Positions 53,593-63,320 of a stretch of 64,000 bases of DNA are shown here, piece by piece. Every line of letters starts with the position of its first letter. Within the stretch, counting starts at the first letter, position 1. The notes under the pieces were generated by a model. The model made no database searches. It had not been told where the DNA came from and saw only the letters and a program-made list of their open reading frames with translations. Source of the DNA: Bacillota bacterium (lineage in GTDB: Bacteria > Bacillota > Dethiobacteria > DTU022 > PWGO01); the NCBI GenBank assembly GCA_012518215.1, contig JAAYSV010000041.1:30931-94930 (forward strand). Direction: 5' to 3'. The translations under genes and the position numbers were made by a program.

Positions 53593-54590
53593 TCGATATT
53601 GACAATCCTGCGAATAAGTATCAGGCCAACTAGCTGGGAGAGAAGGCCCATGCCGAGCAAAATATACCCCACCGGATCGGTAAAAAAGGCCGACATGTAT
53701 ACGGGATTGATCGAATACAGGATCACGGCCAGCAACAGTGGCAGAACCCCGATGATAATCCCGGAAATCCGTCCCTGGGAAGTAAGCGTTTTTATCTCCC
53801 GTTTTACCTTGATCCTGTCCATGATCGTCTGGGCAATATTGTCCAGAACTTCAGAAAGGTTGCCTCCCACCTGCCTCTGGATAATTATCGCCATCACCAC
53901 CAGTTCCAGGTCATCACTTTTGATACGGTCACACATGTTCTGAAGGGCCCTGTCCGTCTGCATCCCCAGATTGATTTCCTGCAAAGTCCGCCTGAACTCG
54001 GTAGATATCGGCGGGGGCATCTCGTCGCCAAGTGTTTTCATGGCCTGAAACAGGCTGAACCCCACGCGCAGGGAGTTGGCCATCGTGGAAAGAGCGGTGG
54101 GAAGTTGCTGGTTGAAGTTGGCCACCCTTCTGTTCTGGGCTCTCTTGATCAAAAATATCGGAATGACCCCCGCACCGACCAACAAACCAACCAGAAACAT
54201 AAAAGCCTTGCTGCTCAACAGAAAAAGGATCGCTCCCAGTGCTCCTCCCCCAAGGAAACAGAACAACAGGAACTCCCCGGCCCGCAAAATTATATCCGCC
54301 CGGAAAAGTTCATTCTTCAACCTGGCCTTCCATTCACCTTTTTCCCCCATCAAAACTTCGTCAACATCGTCTGGTTTGCGGCGAAACAGTTTCCCTTTTC
54401 CCCTTGACGGCGTACCCTGCTCCGTGGATGTATATTTCTTCAAACGGCTGGAAACCTTTTCCCACTCCGTGGAACGAAAGCCCATCATGAAGAGCAGCAA
54501 GAAAAAGATGGACATGAACGTGGCGATAATTACAACACCCATTTCACCTTGCATGTTATCGAACATCAAATCACCCCATCTGGCCGTCAT
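53586..54590 (-). CDS. tadB: Tad pilus inner-membrane platform protein TadB (T2SS-F family)
   Basis: GspF-like domain. 4-nt overlap with cpaF. Confidence 0.7.
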   Translation of the reverse strand: MTARWGDLMFDNMQGEMGVVIIATFMSIFFLLLFMMGFRSTEWEKVSSRLKKYTSTEQGTPSRGKGKLFRRKPDDVDEVLMGEKGEWKARLKNELFRADIILRAGEFLLFCFLGGGALGAILFLLSSKAFMFLVGLLVGAGVIPIFLIKRAQNRRVANFNQQLPTALSTMANSLRVGFSLFQAMKTLGDEMPPPISTEFRRTLQEINLGMQTDRALQNMCDRIKSDDLELVVMAIIIQRQVGGNLSEVLDNIAQTIMDRIKVKREIKTLTSQGRISGIIIGVLPLLLAVILYSINPVYMSAFFTDPVGYILLGMGLLSQLVGLILIRRIVNIDW

Positions 54591-55975
54591 ATCTCGGGGG
54601 CAAATACTTCCAACGGAATTTTTATGCCCTGTGTCTCCAACTTCTGCATGAATCCGGGTCGGATACCGGTGGGCCTGAACATGCCCACCACCCTGCCTGC
54701 CTCGTCAATGCCTTTCTGATCGTAAACAAACAGGTCCTGGAGTAAAATCACATTCCCTTCCATCCCCTGAACCTCGGTAATATGGGTAATTTTCCTGCTC
54801 CCGTCTTTCATGCGTGCCTGATGGACGATAAGGTCAATCGCCGATGCTATCTGCTCCCTGATCGCCCTTACGGGTAGATCCATCCCCGCCATCAGGACCA
54901 TGGTTTCCACCCGGGAAAGCATATCCCGCGGAGAATTGGCATGACCGGTAGTAATGGAGCCGTCGTGCCCCGTATTCATCGCCTGAAGCATATCGAGAGC
55001 CTCCCCGCTTCTCACCTCGCCAACCACGATCCTTTCCGGGCGCATACGCAATGAGTTCCGGACAAGATCCCGGATGGTAATCATCCCTTTCCCTTCAATG
55101 TTTGGCGGCCTGGATTCAAGCCTGATCACGTGTTCCTGCTGCAATTGCAACTCGGCCGCATCCTCGATGGTAATGATCCTCTCCGAGGAAGGGATGAAAG
55201 AAGAAAGGACGTTCAAAGTCGTCGTCTTCCCGGAACCGGTCCCCCCGGATACGATAATGTTCAGGCGGGAAAGAACCGAGGCTTCGAGGAAAATGCTCAT
55301 TTCTTTGCTGAGGGTCCCTTTATCCTGCAAATCCTTCATGGTGAAGGGCGCCCTTGAAAATTTTCGGATCGTAATCGTAGGGCCGGTCAGGGAGAGAGGG
55401 GGGATAATACAATTTACCCGTGAACCATCCGGCAGGCGGGCGTCGACCATCGGCATCCCCTCATCAATACGCCGACCCAGGGGCGTAACAATTTTCTCGA
55501 TAACATGCATGACGTAATCATCATCACGAAACGTTATTTCGCATTTTTCAAGTTTCCCTTTTTTTTCGATATATACCTGATGGGGGCCATTAACCATGAT
55601 TTCCGTTATTTCCGGGTCATTCAGCAGCGGCTGGATGGGCCCAAACCCGATGGACTCATTGACAATCTCATTGATTATTCTCTTTTTATCGCCCACCGAG
55701 ATCTGGATATTTTCTTTTTCCATGATCCCTTCAACAATGGCGGGTATTTTGCGAACCAGCTCCTCATCAACCACCGCACTTCCCTTGTTTCCATGCCGAC
55801 CAAGCATAGCGACCAACTGCCGATGGATGTTATTCTTCAACTTGACGTTCGGGTCTTCTTTCCCCGCTGTCCCTTTTTTGGGCATGAAAACGTCATCACC
55901 GATTTGCCCGTCGCTGACTTCTTCTTCTTTCAGCATCTCCTGTTCCGCTTTCTTCAAACGCTGCAAGAGAGACAT
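54587..55975 (-). CDS. cpaF: Tad/Flp pilus assembly ATPase CpaF/TadA (VirB11-like secretion ATPase)
   Basis: Walker A GGTGSGKTT, Asp/His boxes. 462 aa. Confidence 0.9.
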   Translation of the reverse strand: MSLLQRLKKAEQEMLKEEEVSDGQIGDDVFMPKKGTAGKEDPNVKLKNNIHRQLVAMLGRHGNKGSAVVDEELVRKIPAIVEGIMEKENIQISVGDKKRIINEIVNESIGFGPIQPLLNDPEITEIMVNGPHQVYIEKKGKLEKCEITFRDDDYVMHVIEKIVTPLGRRIDEGMPMVDARLPDGSRVNCIIPPLSLTGPTITIRKFSRAPFTMKDLQDKGTLSKEMSIFLEASVLSRLNIIVSGGTGSGKTTTLNVLSSFIPSSERIITIEDAAELQLQQEHVIRLESRPPNIEGKGMITIRDLVRNSLRMRPERIVVGEVRSGEALDMLQAMNTGHDGSITTGHANSPRDMLSRVETMVLMAGMDLPVRAIREQIASAIDLIVHQARMKDGSRKITHITEVQGMEGNVILLQDLFVYDQKGIDEAGRVVGMFRPTGIRPGFMQKLETQGIKIPLEVFAPEI

Positions 55976-57217
55976 TTAGATGGTCCCCTTTCTTGCCCAT
56001 ATTTTCCGGAACAGCCCTTTTTTCCCGGGCTTCGGAGCGGGTTTCCCTTTCTCTTCCGGGTGTCCGTTGTCAGCGGGGGATATTTTCTCGCAGAGCTCCA
56101 GCAGGCTCCTCCCCGCTTCCGCTGGAGCCCTTTGCTGGACAAAAGGAATCCCCTTGTTGATTGATAATACAACTTGCCGATCGCTTCTGGGAATGACATG
56201 GTAAAGTTTCATTCCCAGGCTTTTCTCCACGTCTCCCCTGTCCACACCGTGGGTTGTCCCTTCCATGTTCAGAATGAGACGTATCTTGTCCGTATGACCA
56301 AGGATACCGAGGATGTTCATCGCCGTTTTGGTGCTTTTTATCGTCGCCAGATCTTTGAGTACCGGCATCATGATCACATGGGCCCTTTCCAGGGCAAGAA
56401 GGGTAAGGCCATCGAAAGAACAGGGAGTATCAATTATTATATAATCGAATTTTTTCTCCAGCACCTCCAGGATCGCCTCGAGGTGGTTCTCCGTAATTTT
56501 TTCTGCATCCTGAGGCGAAAAACAGGCACCGATAACATGAACACCTGAATTGTGGCGCAACAGGTAACGGGGCAGGGTTTGCTCGGTAATCCCTTCGGGA
56601 TCATCGGCGAGGTCGCTGATGCACTTTATGTCCGATAAATTCAGAAGAAGGGAGACATCACCGAACTGCAAATCAAGGTCAACAAGAACAACTTCCTTGT
56701 TCTGCCGGGCCAGCCCCACGGCCATGTTGACGGCGATGATGCTCTTTCCGGTGCCGCCTTTACCCGAAAAAAGGGTGATGATCGGCTCCTCTGTTTTCTG
56801 CTCCCCCGTTCCTTCTGCCGTGACAATATTTTTCCCCCTCGCTTTCTCGAGATCGTAAACCTTGCGCAGGGTGTTGGATATTTCCTCACTGTTTATCGGT
56901 TTGATCAGGTAATCCCTCGCCCCGGCAACCATGGCTTTCTTCAGATATTCCTGTTCTCCCTGGATAGAAATGATGACCACCGCAACGTTGGGGTAATTGC
57001 GCGATATGATCTCTGTCGCCGTGATCCCATCCATGATCGGCATGTTGATATCCATCAACACGATATCGGGTAGCAACTCGGCCACTTTGGCAATAGCTTC
57101 CTTGCCATTTGCAGCTTCCCCCACCACCTCCAGATCTTCCTCAAAATAAAGCAGGCGCTGCAAATCCGTACGTGTCTGGTCAATATCGTCCACAATCAAC
57201 AATTTTATTTTCTCCAT
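55976..57217 (-). CDS. cpaE: CpaE/TadZ-type MinD/ParA-family ATPase with N-terminal canonical response-regulator receiver domain
   Basis: REC residues all present (DD at LIVDDID, phospho-Asp in VLMDINMP, S/T, K in YLIKP). Deviant Walker A SGKGGTGKS follows. Confidence 0.8.
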   Translation of the reverse strand: MEKIKLLIVDDIDQTRTDLQRLLYFEEDLEVVGEAANGKEAIAKVAELLPDIVLMDINMPIMDGITATEIISRNYPNVAVVIISIQGEQEYLKKAMVAGARDYLIKPINSEEISNTLRKVYDLEKARGKNIVTAEGTGEQKTEEPIITLFSGKGGTGKSIIAVNMAVGLARQNKEVVLVDLDLQFGDVSLLLNLSDIKCISDLADDPEGITEQTLPRYLLRHNSGVHVIGACFSPQDAEKITENHLEAILEVLEKKFDYIIIDTPCSFDGLTLLALERAHVIMMPVLKDLATIKSTKTAMNILGILGHTDKIRLILNMEGTTHGVDRGDVEKSLGMKLYHVIPRSDRQVVLSINKGIPFVQQRAPAEAGRSLLELCEKISPADNGHPEEKGKPAPKPGKKGLFRKIWARKGTI

Positions 57218-57242
57218 TTCCCCTTGCCCCTTGCCATATCAT

Positions 57243-57968
57243 TTAGAAATTGCCAAAATGCCACGGAGTTGCCGGAATGATCCTGTCGTCACCTGAAGGA
57301 CGAAGCATCAGGTGAATGGTGCCTCTTTGCGCCGCCAGAGCCAGCTGCGGTGCAACTTCCGGAAGCACTTCAAGCGTTACCGTATTGGCCTGCTCCGTAA
57401 CCTCCTTGAACTTCAATGGATCATAATTCCTGTTGATGGCCAGTACCTTTACGTTCTGGATGATGATTTTGGTATAATACTCGGATGTGACCTCCCAGGT
57501 GGCAATGACATCAACATGATTACCAGGAGCCAGCAAGCCCCCCACCCCGCTTACCTCACTGACGGCAATGGCCAATGCCCTTTTTCCAGTTTTCAGCGTA
57601 TAGAGAAAATCATCAGCCGTGTCCCCCGGAACCACGATCTTGCCGGGCAACACCTGCTCGCCTTCATAGATAGTTGTTCTGGCAATACTACCGACAAATC
57701 CCTCTTTGCTCTGCCCGGCTTCTTTGTGAGCATAAGCCAGGGGAATTTCGATTACCTCAAGCATATCCCCTTCTATTTTTTCGTTGGCCGGGATGGTCGT
57801 CCTGGCCACCAGGACATCCGTATATTCCATGTCCAGTTTGGTCCTGGCTTCCAGATCCAGAAGATACAGAAAAACACCACCGGCCGAGATCGCGGCAGCA
57901 ACAATAGCAAGAACCAGATAGATGTATTTTCTATATTTCACCGCCAACACCCCCGGTTGAAGGGTCAA
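57243..57968 (-). CDS. cpaB: Flp pilus assembly protein CpaB (SAF/RcpC domains, N-terminal TM)
   Basis: TM anchor then SAF-like domain. 4-nt overlap with the downstream TadG-like gene. Confidence 0.7.
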   Translation of the reverse strand: MTLQPGVLAVKYRKYIYLVLAIVAAAISAGGVFLYLLDLEARTKLDMEYTDVLVARTTIPANEKIEGDMLEVIEIPLAYAHKEAGQSKEGFVGSIARTTIYEGEQVLPGKIVVPGDTADDFLYTLKTGKRALAIAVSEVSGVGGLLAPGNHVDVIATWEVTSEYYTKIIIQNVKVLAINRNYDPLKFKEVTEQANTVTLEVLPEVAPQLALAAQRGTIHLMLRPSGDDRIIPATPWHFGNF

Positions 57969-58903
57969 TGTTTCAATTTAACGGCCTTGACCCCGTAATC
58001 AATTGCTTCCGGGGATATCTCCCCGTTCTCCACTCTCTCCAGGAAATAGCCTCTGATATAACTGTTATTGCCCTGGCCGGTGACCCCGTCGAGCCAGAAT
58101 GCGGAAAACCCGACCACCTGCACTTTTCTTCTTCCACTCTTGTTGTCATAGGGTTCCAGCATGGGAACAATCACCACCCGCGGACAGCCTCTTGGCACAT
58201 CGATATATGATGTGCTCAGTGCCCGGGCTATTCTCTTGTCAATCGCTCTTTTGGTAGGGTTGGACATATTGCCCGGTTCTGTATCAAGGATGTCACCCAC
58301 CGATATAACCCCCGGATACCCTTCCGTCAGGTGGCGTTCGAAATTGGAGGCCCCTCTCCCCTCTCCAAGCGCCAGCGCACCGAAATTTCCCGCACCAAGG
58401 CCGACATCATAATTGTTCGATGATGCATTTTTGATGATATACTTCTGCCCAAATACCAGTTCCCGATTTACCAGTCCAAGGGGGACCACCCCGCTCATCG
58501 CTCCGATACTTCCCACCATCGCCGTGGCGTTCTTTTGAAGAAGCAGTGATTTTTCATCAACAAGAATTTTCCCGAATAAAATGGGAGCTTCCTTCCGGGA
58601 TTCGACGGTAATCGATGCCCGGTCAGGGCTTATGTAAATATCTATGTTATCGCTGTCCAGCCCGTTTTTTGCAGCGTATTCCATCGCCGTGGTTCTGGCT
58701 TCCGCAGCGCTGATAACCAGATCCTGCGCTCCCGCCAATGCCGCCGCATCCACCCCGTTGCTGAGGCGTATGTCGGCAATATAAAATGTACCCACATCAA
58801 CCACCAGTGCCGAAAAACCCAGAATTACTATCAGTGCAAACGCGGAAACAAGGTTGATGGCTCCCCGTTCATCTTTCAAGCCGTGACGGAAGAGTTTCAA
58901 CAT
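57965..58903 (-). CDS. TadG-like putative pilus-assembly/minor pilin protein (Tad N-terminal hydrophobic segment)
   Basis: N-terminal RGAINLVSAFALIVILGFSALVVDVG segment typical of TadE/F/G pseudopilin-like proteins. 312 aa. Confidence 0.5.
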   Translation of the reverse strand: MLKLFRHGLKDERGAINLVSAFALIVILGFSALVVDVGTFYIADIRLSNGVDAAALAGAQDLVISAAEARTTAMEYAAKNGLDSDNIDIYISPDRASITVESRKEAPILFGKILVDEKSLLLQKNATAMVGSIGAMSGVVPLGLVNRELVFGQKYIIKNASSNNYDVGLGAGNFGALALGEGRGASNFERHLTEGYPGVISVGDILDTEPGNMSNPTKRAIDKRIARALSTSYIDVPRGCPRVVIVPMLEPYDNKSGRRKVQVVGFSAFWLDGVTGQGNNSYIRGYFLERVENGEISPEAIDYGVKAVKLKH

Positions 58904-58918
58904 GGCCTCCCCCTCCTT

Positions 58919-59323
58919 TCACTCCACCCTCATGATTGCCGTGTAGCTAACCGGATAAGGATTGGGCACCGCCGATGACAGAACTGGCAGCATCAGAACA
59001 AGTGAATATTCAACTTCTACCTCGATCGATTCCCCGGCATACCGTTCGTTCCAGGAAGGACTGATGCGCACCGTGGTTTTATCTTGCTCCAGGGATATAG
59101 TGCAATCGCCAATTTCGTCCATGATCCCCTGATCATCACAGCCAACTGCACCAAGGCGAGCACCTTCCCTGGCCGCATGAGCAACGGTCAGGTAAGCATG
59201 CCCAAATCGGCCAAACTCGATCACTCCCCATAACAACAACAAAAATACGGGCAAGACAAGCGCCAATTCCACCAGCGCCTGCCCCCTGTCTCCGGTATTG
59301 TTGTGCTGCCTGGCCTTGCTCAT
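58919..59323 (-). CDS. tadE: TadE-like pseudopilin
   Basis: GQALVELALVLPVFLLLLWGVIEFG TadE motif. Start placed at Met 20 of the track ORF with GGGGTGGGTGAG RBS. Coordinate approximate; the displayed sequence around 59336-59342 appears to have one more A than the ORF track implies. Confidence 0.6.
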   Translation of the reverse strand: MSKARQHNNTGDRGQALVELALVLPVFLLLLWGVIEFGRFGHAYLTVAHAAREGARLGAVGCDDQGIMDEIGDCTISLEQDKTTVRISPSWNERYAGESIEVEVEYSLVLMLPVLSSAVPNPYPVSYTAIMRVE

Positions 59324-59383
59324 GCTCACCCACCCCTTAAAACAAATGGGGCCCCGCCATATCGGCGGAGCCCGACTCACGCG

Positions 59384-59575
59384 TTAACCTTCCCCACCGC
59401 CGACACCACCCAGTTTTTCCCCGATGCCCTGGAAGATGTCCTTGATCTGATCCCCCATGAATGTCAAGGCTACAATAACCACCACCGCTACCAATGCCAG
59501 AATCAACCCGTATTCTACCATGCCCTGGCCGCTCTCATCTTCGAACAGATTCTTCAAAAATGTTAACATGATCAA
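59384..59575 (-). CDS. flp: Flp-family type IVb prepilin
   Basis: 63 aa with the Flp processing motif G/MVEYGLILALVAVVVI. Strong RBS GGAGAGAGG. Confidence 0.75.
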   Translation of the reverse strand: MIMLTFLKNLFEDESGQGMVEYGLILALVAVVVIVALTFMGDQIKDIFQGIGEKLGGVGGGEG

Positions 59576-59611
59576 TCACCTCTCTCCGTTCTTTCTTTCC
59601 ACTTTCAGCAT

Positions 59612-59788
59612 AGCATGCCATGTTATCATAGGCAATGCATGGAATAATACCCATTACCTGTTTATATTGAGACTTTAGTCCTGTTTTTTCTATGGATTGC
59701 TATGCAGACTTTATCGGTTGAAGCAAGTTGATACAAGCATGCCATTCTGGGCTCGCTTTCATGATGATGGAGATGACAGGCAATGCTA
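59612..59788. promoter_or_regulatory. flp upstream region containing two copies each of AGCATGCCAT and AGGCAATGC(A/T)T, arranged as two similar modules ~125-150 bp apart
   Basis: Read directly: 59612-59640 AGCATGCCATgttatcatAGGCAATGCAT and 59737-59788 AGCATGCCAT...AGGCAATGCTAT. Lies between the degU stop and the flp start. Confidence 0.3.
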
Positions 59789-59883
59789 TCATTTTATCGT
59801 GGTCAAACAGCAAACAGGGTTTCCGGGCCATGTTTCCGGTGCGGCCGGGGCAAGATACCCCCTATCCGAGGGAACAGGCATTT

Positions 59884-60534
59884 TTATATGTCGACAAGAT
59901 TGTGTTTGATGGCATAGATGGCAGCCTGGGTGCGGTCATTGACTTTCAATTTACGCAAAATACTGGTGATATGATTCTTCACGGTCTTCTCGCTCAGGAA
60001 CAGTTTTTCGGCAATGCTCCTGTTGTTCAATCCCACTGCCACCTCGGCAAGGATTTCCAGCTCTCTCTCCGTGAGCTTGTCCTTGGCGTTGAATCCTTCG
60101 GACATGTGCCGCCATGCCCCGATCAACTTGCCGGTCATGCGGGGATCTATATATGTATCCCCGGAAGCCACTATTTTGATTACGTTCAGAAGTTCTTCCG
60201 CGGTGGTGTCTTTCAGTATGTACGCCGAGGCCCCGTATTCCATGAGTTCGTAGATATATTCCCGGGCATCGTGGATCGTCAATACAATGATGGCAATCTC
60301 GGGGTTGTTTTTTTTGATTATCCTGGTCGCTTCGATACCGTTCAAACCAGGCATGTTGATATCCATGAGTATGATATCGGGGTTCAGTTTCTGGGCGGAT
60401 ATTACCGCCTCTTCCCCGTTGGCAGCCTCACCGACAACGGCAATTTCCAGTCCGGCCTCTATATTCAATATCTTTTTGAGCCCATCCCTTATCAGGGCAT
60501 GATCATCTGCAATCAGTATGCGTATACTTTTCAT
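59884..60534 (-). CDS. degU: Two-component response regulator DegU (NarL/FixJ family)
   Basis: Collinear similarity to B. subtilis DegU (DINMP, SIHDD, SEKTVKNH, NDRTQA). 4-nt overlap with degS. Confidence 0.85.
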   Translation of the reverse strand: MKSIRILIADDHALIRDGLKKILNIEAGLEIAVVGEAANGEEAVISAQKLNPDIILMDINMPGLNGIEATRIIKKNNPEIAIIVLTIHDAREYIYELMEYGASAYILKDTTAEELLNVIKIVASGDTYIDPRMTGKLIGAWRHMSEGFNAKDKLTERELEILAEVAVGLNNRSIAEKLFLSEKTVKNHITSILRKLKVNDRTQAAIYAIKHNLVDI

Positions 60535-61691
60535 CGGAAACCACCATCCAATTTATTTTCATGATTCCTGTCAATCGGCACCTTGACAATAATTTCCGTC
60601 CCCTTGCCGGGGGCACTGTTTATTTCGAGGCTGCCCTCGATAAGTTCAACCCGCTCCCTCATGCCCAACAACCCGAATGAGCCTTCGGGGCTTTTTTCCC
60701 CTGTCTTGAAGCCGCATCCATTATCGCGGATTATGACCGAAATCAGTTCGTCGTCAACATCAATTTTAACCAGGGCATCGCTGGCATGAGCATGTTTCAA
60801 AACATTGTTCAAAGCCTCCTGAATGATGCGAAAAATCGCAATTTCCAGATCCTTCTTCCTTACGATGGGCCCTCCGGAAATGACCAGATCGATATTCAAA
60901 GGATATCTTTCACGGTATTCCTCGATGTACCGTTTCAGCGTGGCAACAAGTCCCAGGTCATCGATGGCCATGGGCCTCAAATCGAAGATGATCTTGCGCA
61001 ACTCCTGCAAACTGTTACGAACCATTATTTTGAGATCGGCCAGTTCCTCCCTGACCTCCTGTGGTTTGGTGTCCAGTATCCTTTCGCAGATTTCCGTGCG
61101 CAAAACCAGGTTGGCCATGGATTGAGCCGGCCCATCATGAATCTCGCGGGCCACTCTTTTTCTTTCTTCTTCCTGCGCCAGAATGATCTTGAACCCTACC
61201 CCCTGTTTCTGCTGCATTTCCTCGGTTTTCAGGCCAAGGTCATTGAAATTCCCCTTGATATAATCGAGAGCTACCCCCATCCGTGCAAATACCTGCTCGG
61301 CATTATCGACTGCCTCGTCCAGGTTCCGGAGATGATCCTCCAACTGTTTTTTTCTTTCCTTCAGCTGCACTTCCCTCTCCCGGGCAAGCCCCAATGCAAT
61401 TTGAAGTTCCTTGCTGTTTTCATATGCTTCCCTCAGGCTTTCTTCGCCGAAACTGTGGTAGTTCTTGCTGATCTCCATCAGATTGAGCATGACCTGTTTT
61501 TCTTTTATTTGCAACTGATTTATCTGTTCCACCGTCTCCTGGCCCTGCCTGCCCAGGAATTGCAGTTCCCTGGCGGCGGTTTTTTTCTCGAAGCGGATAC
61601 TGTTACCGAGTTCGCTGATATTTTCCCGGGCCCTTACCAACGTGCGTACAGATTGTTTTATTATTTGTTCCAGTTCTTTCAAAGCGATCAT
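60531..61691 (-). CDS. degS: Cytoplasmic sensor histidine kinase DegS (HisKA_3/HATPase)
   Basis: No TM segments, N-terminal coiled coil, then AQEEERKRVAREIHDGPAQ H-box and LRPMA.DDLGL, strongly DegS-like. 386 aa. Confidence 0.85.
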   Translation of the reverse strand: MIALKELEQIIKQSVRTLVRARENISELGNSIRFEKKTAARELQFLGRQGQETVEQINQLQIKEKQVMLNLMEISKNYHSFGEESLREAYENSKELQIALGLAREREVQLKERKKQLEDHLRNLDEAVDNAEQVFARMGVALDYIKGNFNDLGLKTEEMQQKQGVGFKIILAQEEERKRVAREIHDGPAQSMANLVLRTEICERILDTKPQEVREELADLKIMVRNSLQELRKIIFDLRPMAIDDLGLVATLKRYIEEYRERYPLNIDLVISGGPIVRKKDLEIAIFRIIQEALNNVLKHAHASDALVKIDVDDELISVIIRDNGCGFKTGEKSPEGSFGLLGMRERVELIEGSLEINSAPGKGTEIIVKVPIDRNHENKLDGGFR

Positions 61692-61821
61692 TGATTTTGA
61701 AGATGCCTCTTGATTTCATGTTTATTGTATAATATTCAACAATATTATGGTAACATCCTTTTTATTTCCAGAATGAAACCATGCATTCCATTACCTTTTT
61801 TTGCCTGCACCGGGTCTTCAC

Positions 61822-62355
61822 CTATTCTTTTCCTCTCAACACCTGTTCCAGTGACCGGGCAAATCTACGATCATCCTCCGCTGTTCTTCTGCAGGGGCCT
61901 CCGGTCCTTCCGCCGGCTCGTCGGTAACGGCCTTTGGCCGCGCGTATTTCCAGAAGATTGGTTATCGCATCAGGCCGAAAACGATGGCCGGAAGGGCCAA
62001 GGCAGTGAGCACCCTTCCCCACAACCATCGCCGCAAGCCCCCCATCCTGCGTGATGACCACATCTCCCCGTTGACAAAAATTGATTATCTTCAAATCGGC
62101 TTCCTCGGGGTCATTCCCTACCACGATATGGTTATCAGCCCCCACGCAATGGTTGAAACTGGCCACTGTCCATACCGGACGGGAAAATTTCTCCCCCAGC
62201 CGGTAACAGATCTGCAACACGTTTCCGGGACAGGCATCGGCATCGACAATTATTTTACTGTTCTCTTTTCCCTTTTTCCCTTTGCTCAATCGATCACTCG
62301 CTGTTTTCCCGTTGTTCGTGTTTCTGCTCATGGATGCTGTTTCATCGATGATCAT
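61822..62355 (-). CDS. YaiI/YqxD-family protein (DUF188, UPF0178) with Lys-rich N-terminal extension
   Basis: Core IIVDADACP...[12 protein letters not shown] matches YaiI. B. subtilis has the homologous yviA next to degSU. Confidence 0.7.
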   Translation of the reverse strand: MIIDETASMSRNTNNGKTASDRLSKGKKGKENSKIIVDADACPGNVLQICYRLGEKFSRPVWTVASFNHCVGADNHIVVGNDPEEADLKIINFCQRGDVVITQDGGLAAMVVGKGAHCLGPSGHRFRPDAITNLLEIRAAKGRYRRAGGRTGGPCRRTAEDDRRFARSLEQVLRGKE

Positions 62356-63281
62356 TCATGCAAATCCAAAAAGTTTTTGACCAGACCCACGACATCGCCG
62401 ATATTTTCCATATCTCCTGCCTTCCGGATGAATTCAGAAGGCCCTTTGATCAGGGCCGGAACATCATTGAGCGTATGCCCCCTATGGCCGAGGTCTTCCA
62501 GATTGCCATGGTCGCTGGTAATGATGAGCATTGTTTTTTCCCCGCCGGGATGCTCCAGAATGTATCCCAAGAACCTATCCAGAAGGGTCACGATTTCCCT
62601 TGCTTTTCGTCTCTCCGCCAGATGGCCGGCAACATCGCTCAGAAAATATTCAAAGAGGGTAAAATCGTGCTCATCGCTCAATGCAAGTAGCCGCCGCGCT
62701 GCTTCTTCCGGTTCAACAATTTCGACTGGATACCCCATTCTGTTCAAATAATGGTGGGTTATATCCATGTACAGGGCCTGCCCATGTTCCAGCTGTACCA
62801 GAGTTCTGAAGGGCAGCCCCGCATAGTAGGTAAGCCATGTGGAACACGAATATGAATGCACAAGGCCTTTTTTTAGATCATCAAAAAATTCGGGACGATA
62901 AGCGTTGGCAAATGTCGGTTTCAGCCCGGCAGCAACAAGTTGGGACAAAATACCCTTTTCACGCAACAAGCTTTTGAGTTTCTCGCCGGGGTAACGATTG
63001 ACATGCCTCCCCACCAGTGCCGCCGCATTCTCTCCGGTAAAAAGCGTAGTCTGCCCGGTGGCACTCTGCGGGGTACCCTCGACTCCCAGGGTGGCATCGA
63101 GGCCAAAAAGCCCCAGACCGGGGCTGTAGAAGCCCTCCGCCCCGCGGCAAAGGGAATTGCCTCCCAGAACCCGGGACAGACGCGGTGTATCTGTGAAACA
63201 GAACGGGTTGTCATGGACATCCTGTTTCCCAAGTCCGATCCCGTCGATAAAGATCATTATGACACGTTCCGGGTTCATCAA
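62352..63281 (-). CDS. Alkaline-phosphatase-superfamily metalloenzyme (cofactor-independent phosphoglycerate mutase / phosphopentomutase-like domain)
   Basis: N-terminal IFIDGIG metal-site motif and C-terminal ITSDHGN motif of the metalloenzyme superfamily. 309 aa, shorter than bona fide iPGM. Confidence 0.55.
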   Translation of the reverse strand: MMNPERVIMIFIDGIGLGKQDVHDNPFCFTDTPRLSRVLGGNSLCRGAEGFYSPGLGLFGLDATLGVEGTPQSATGQTTLFTGENAAALVGRHVNRYPGEKLKSLLREKGILSQLVAAGLKPTFANAYRPEFFDDLKKGLVHSYSCSTWLTYYAGLPFRTLVQLEHGQALYMDITHHYLNRMGYPVEIVEPEEAARRLLALSDEHDFTLFEYFLSDVAGHLAERRKAREIVTLLDRFLGYILEHPGGEKTMLIITSDHGNLEDLGHRGHTLNDVPALIKGPSEFIRKAGDMENIGDVVGLVKNFLDLHE

Positions 63282-63320
63282 AGATCAAGATCCTTTCTAT
63301 TTTCAACCATTCCTTCCCGC

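Noticed and set aside
59697-59909. 70-aa plus-strand ORF in the degU-flp spacer considered as a missing prepilin peptidase (TadV/CpaA)
   Set aside because: Too short, not hydrophobic, lacks the paired Asp motifs of A24 peptidases, and is on the wrong strand relative to the operon. The peptidase is probably encoded elsewhere.
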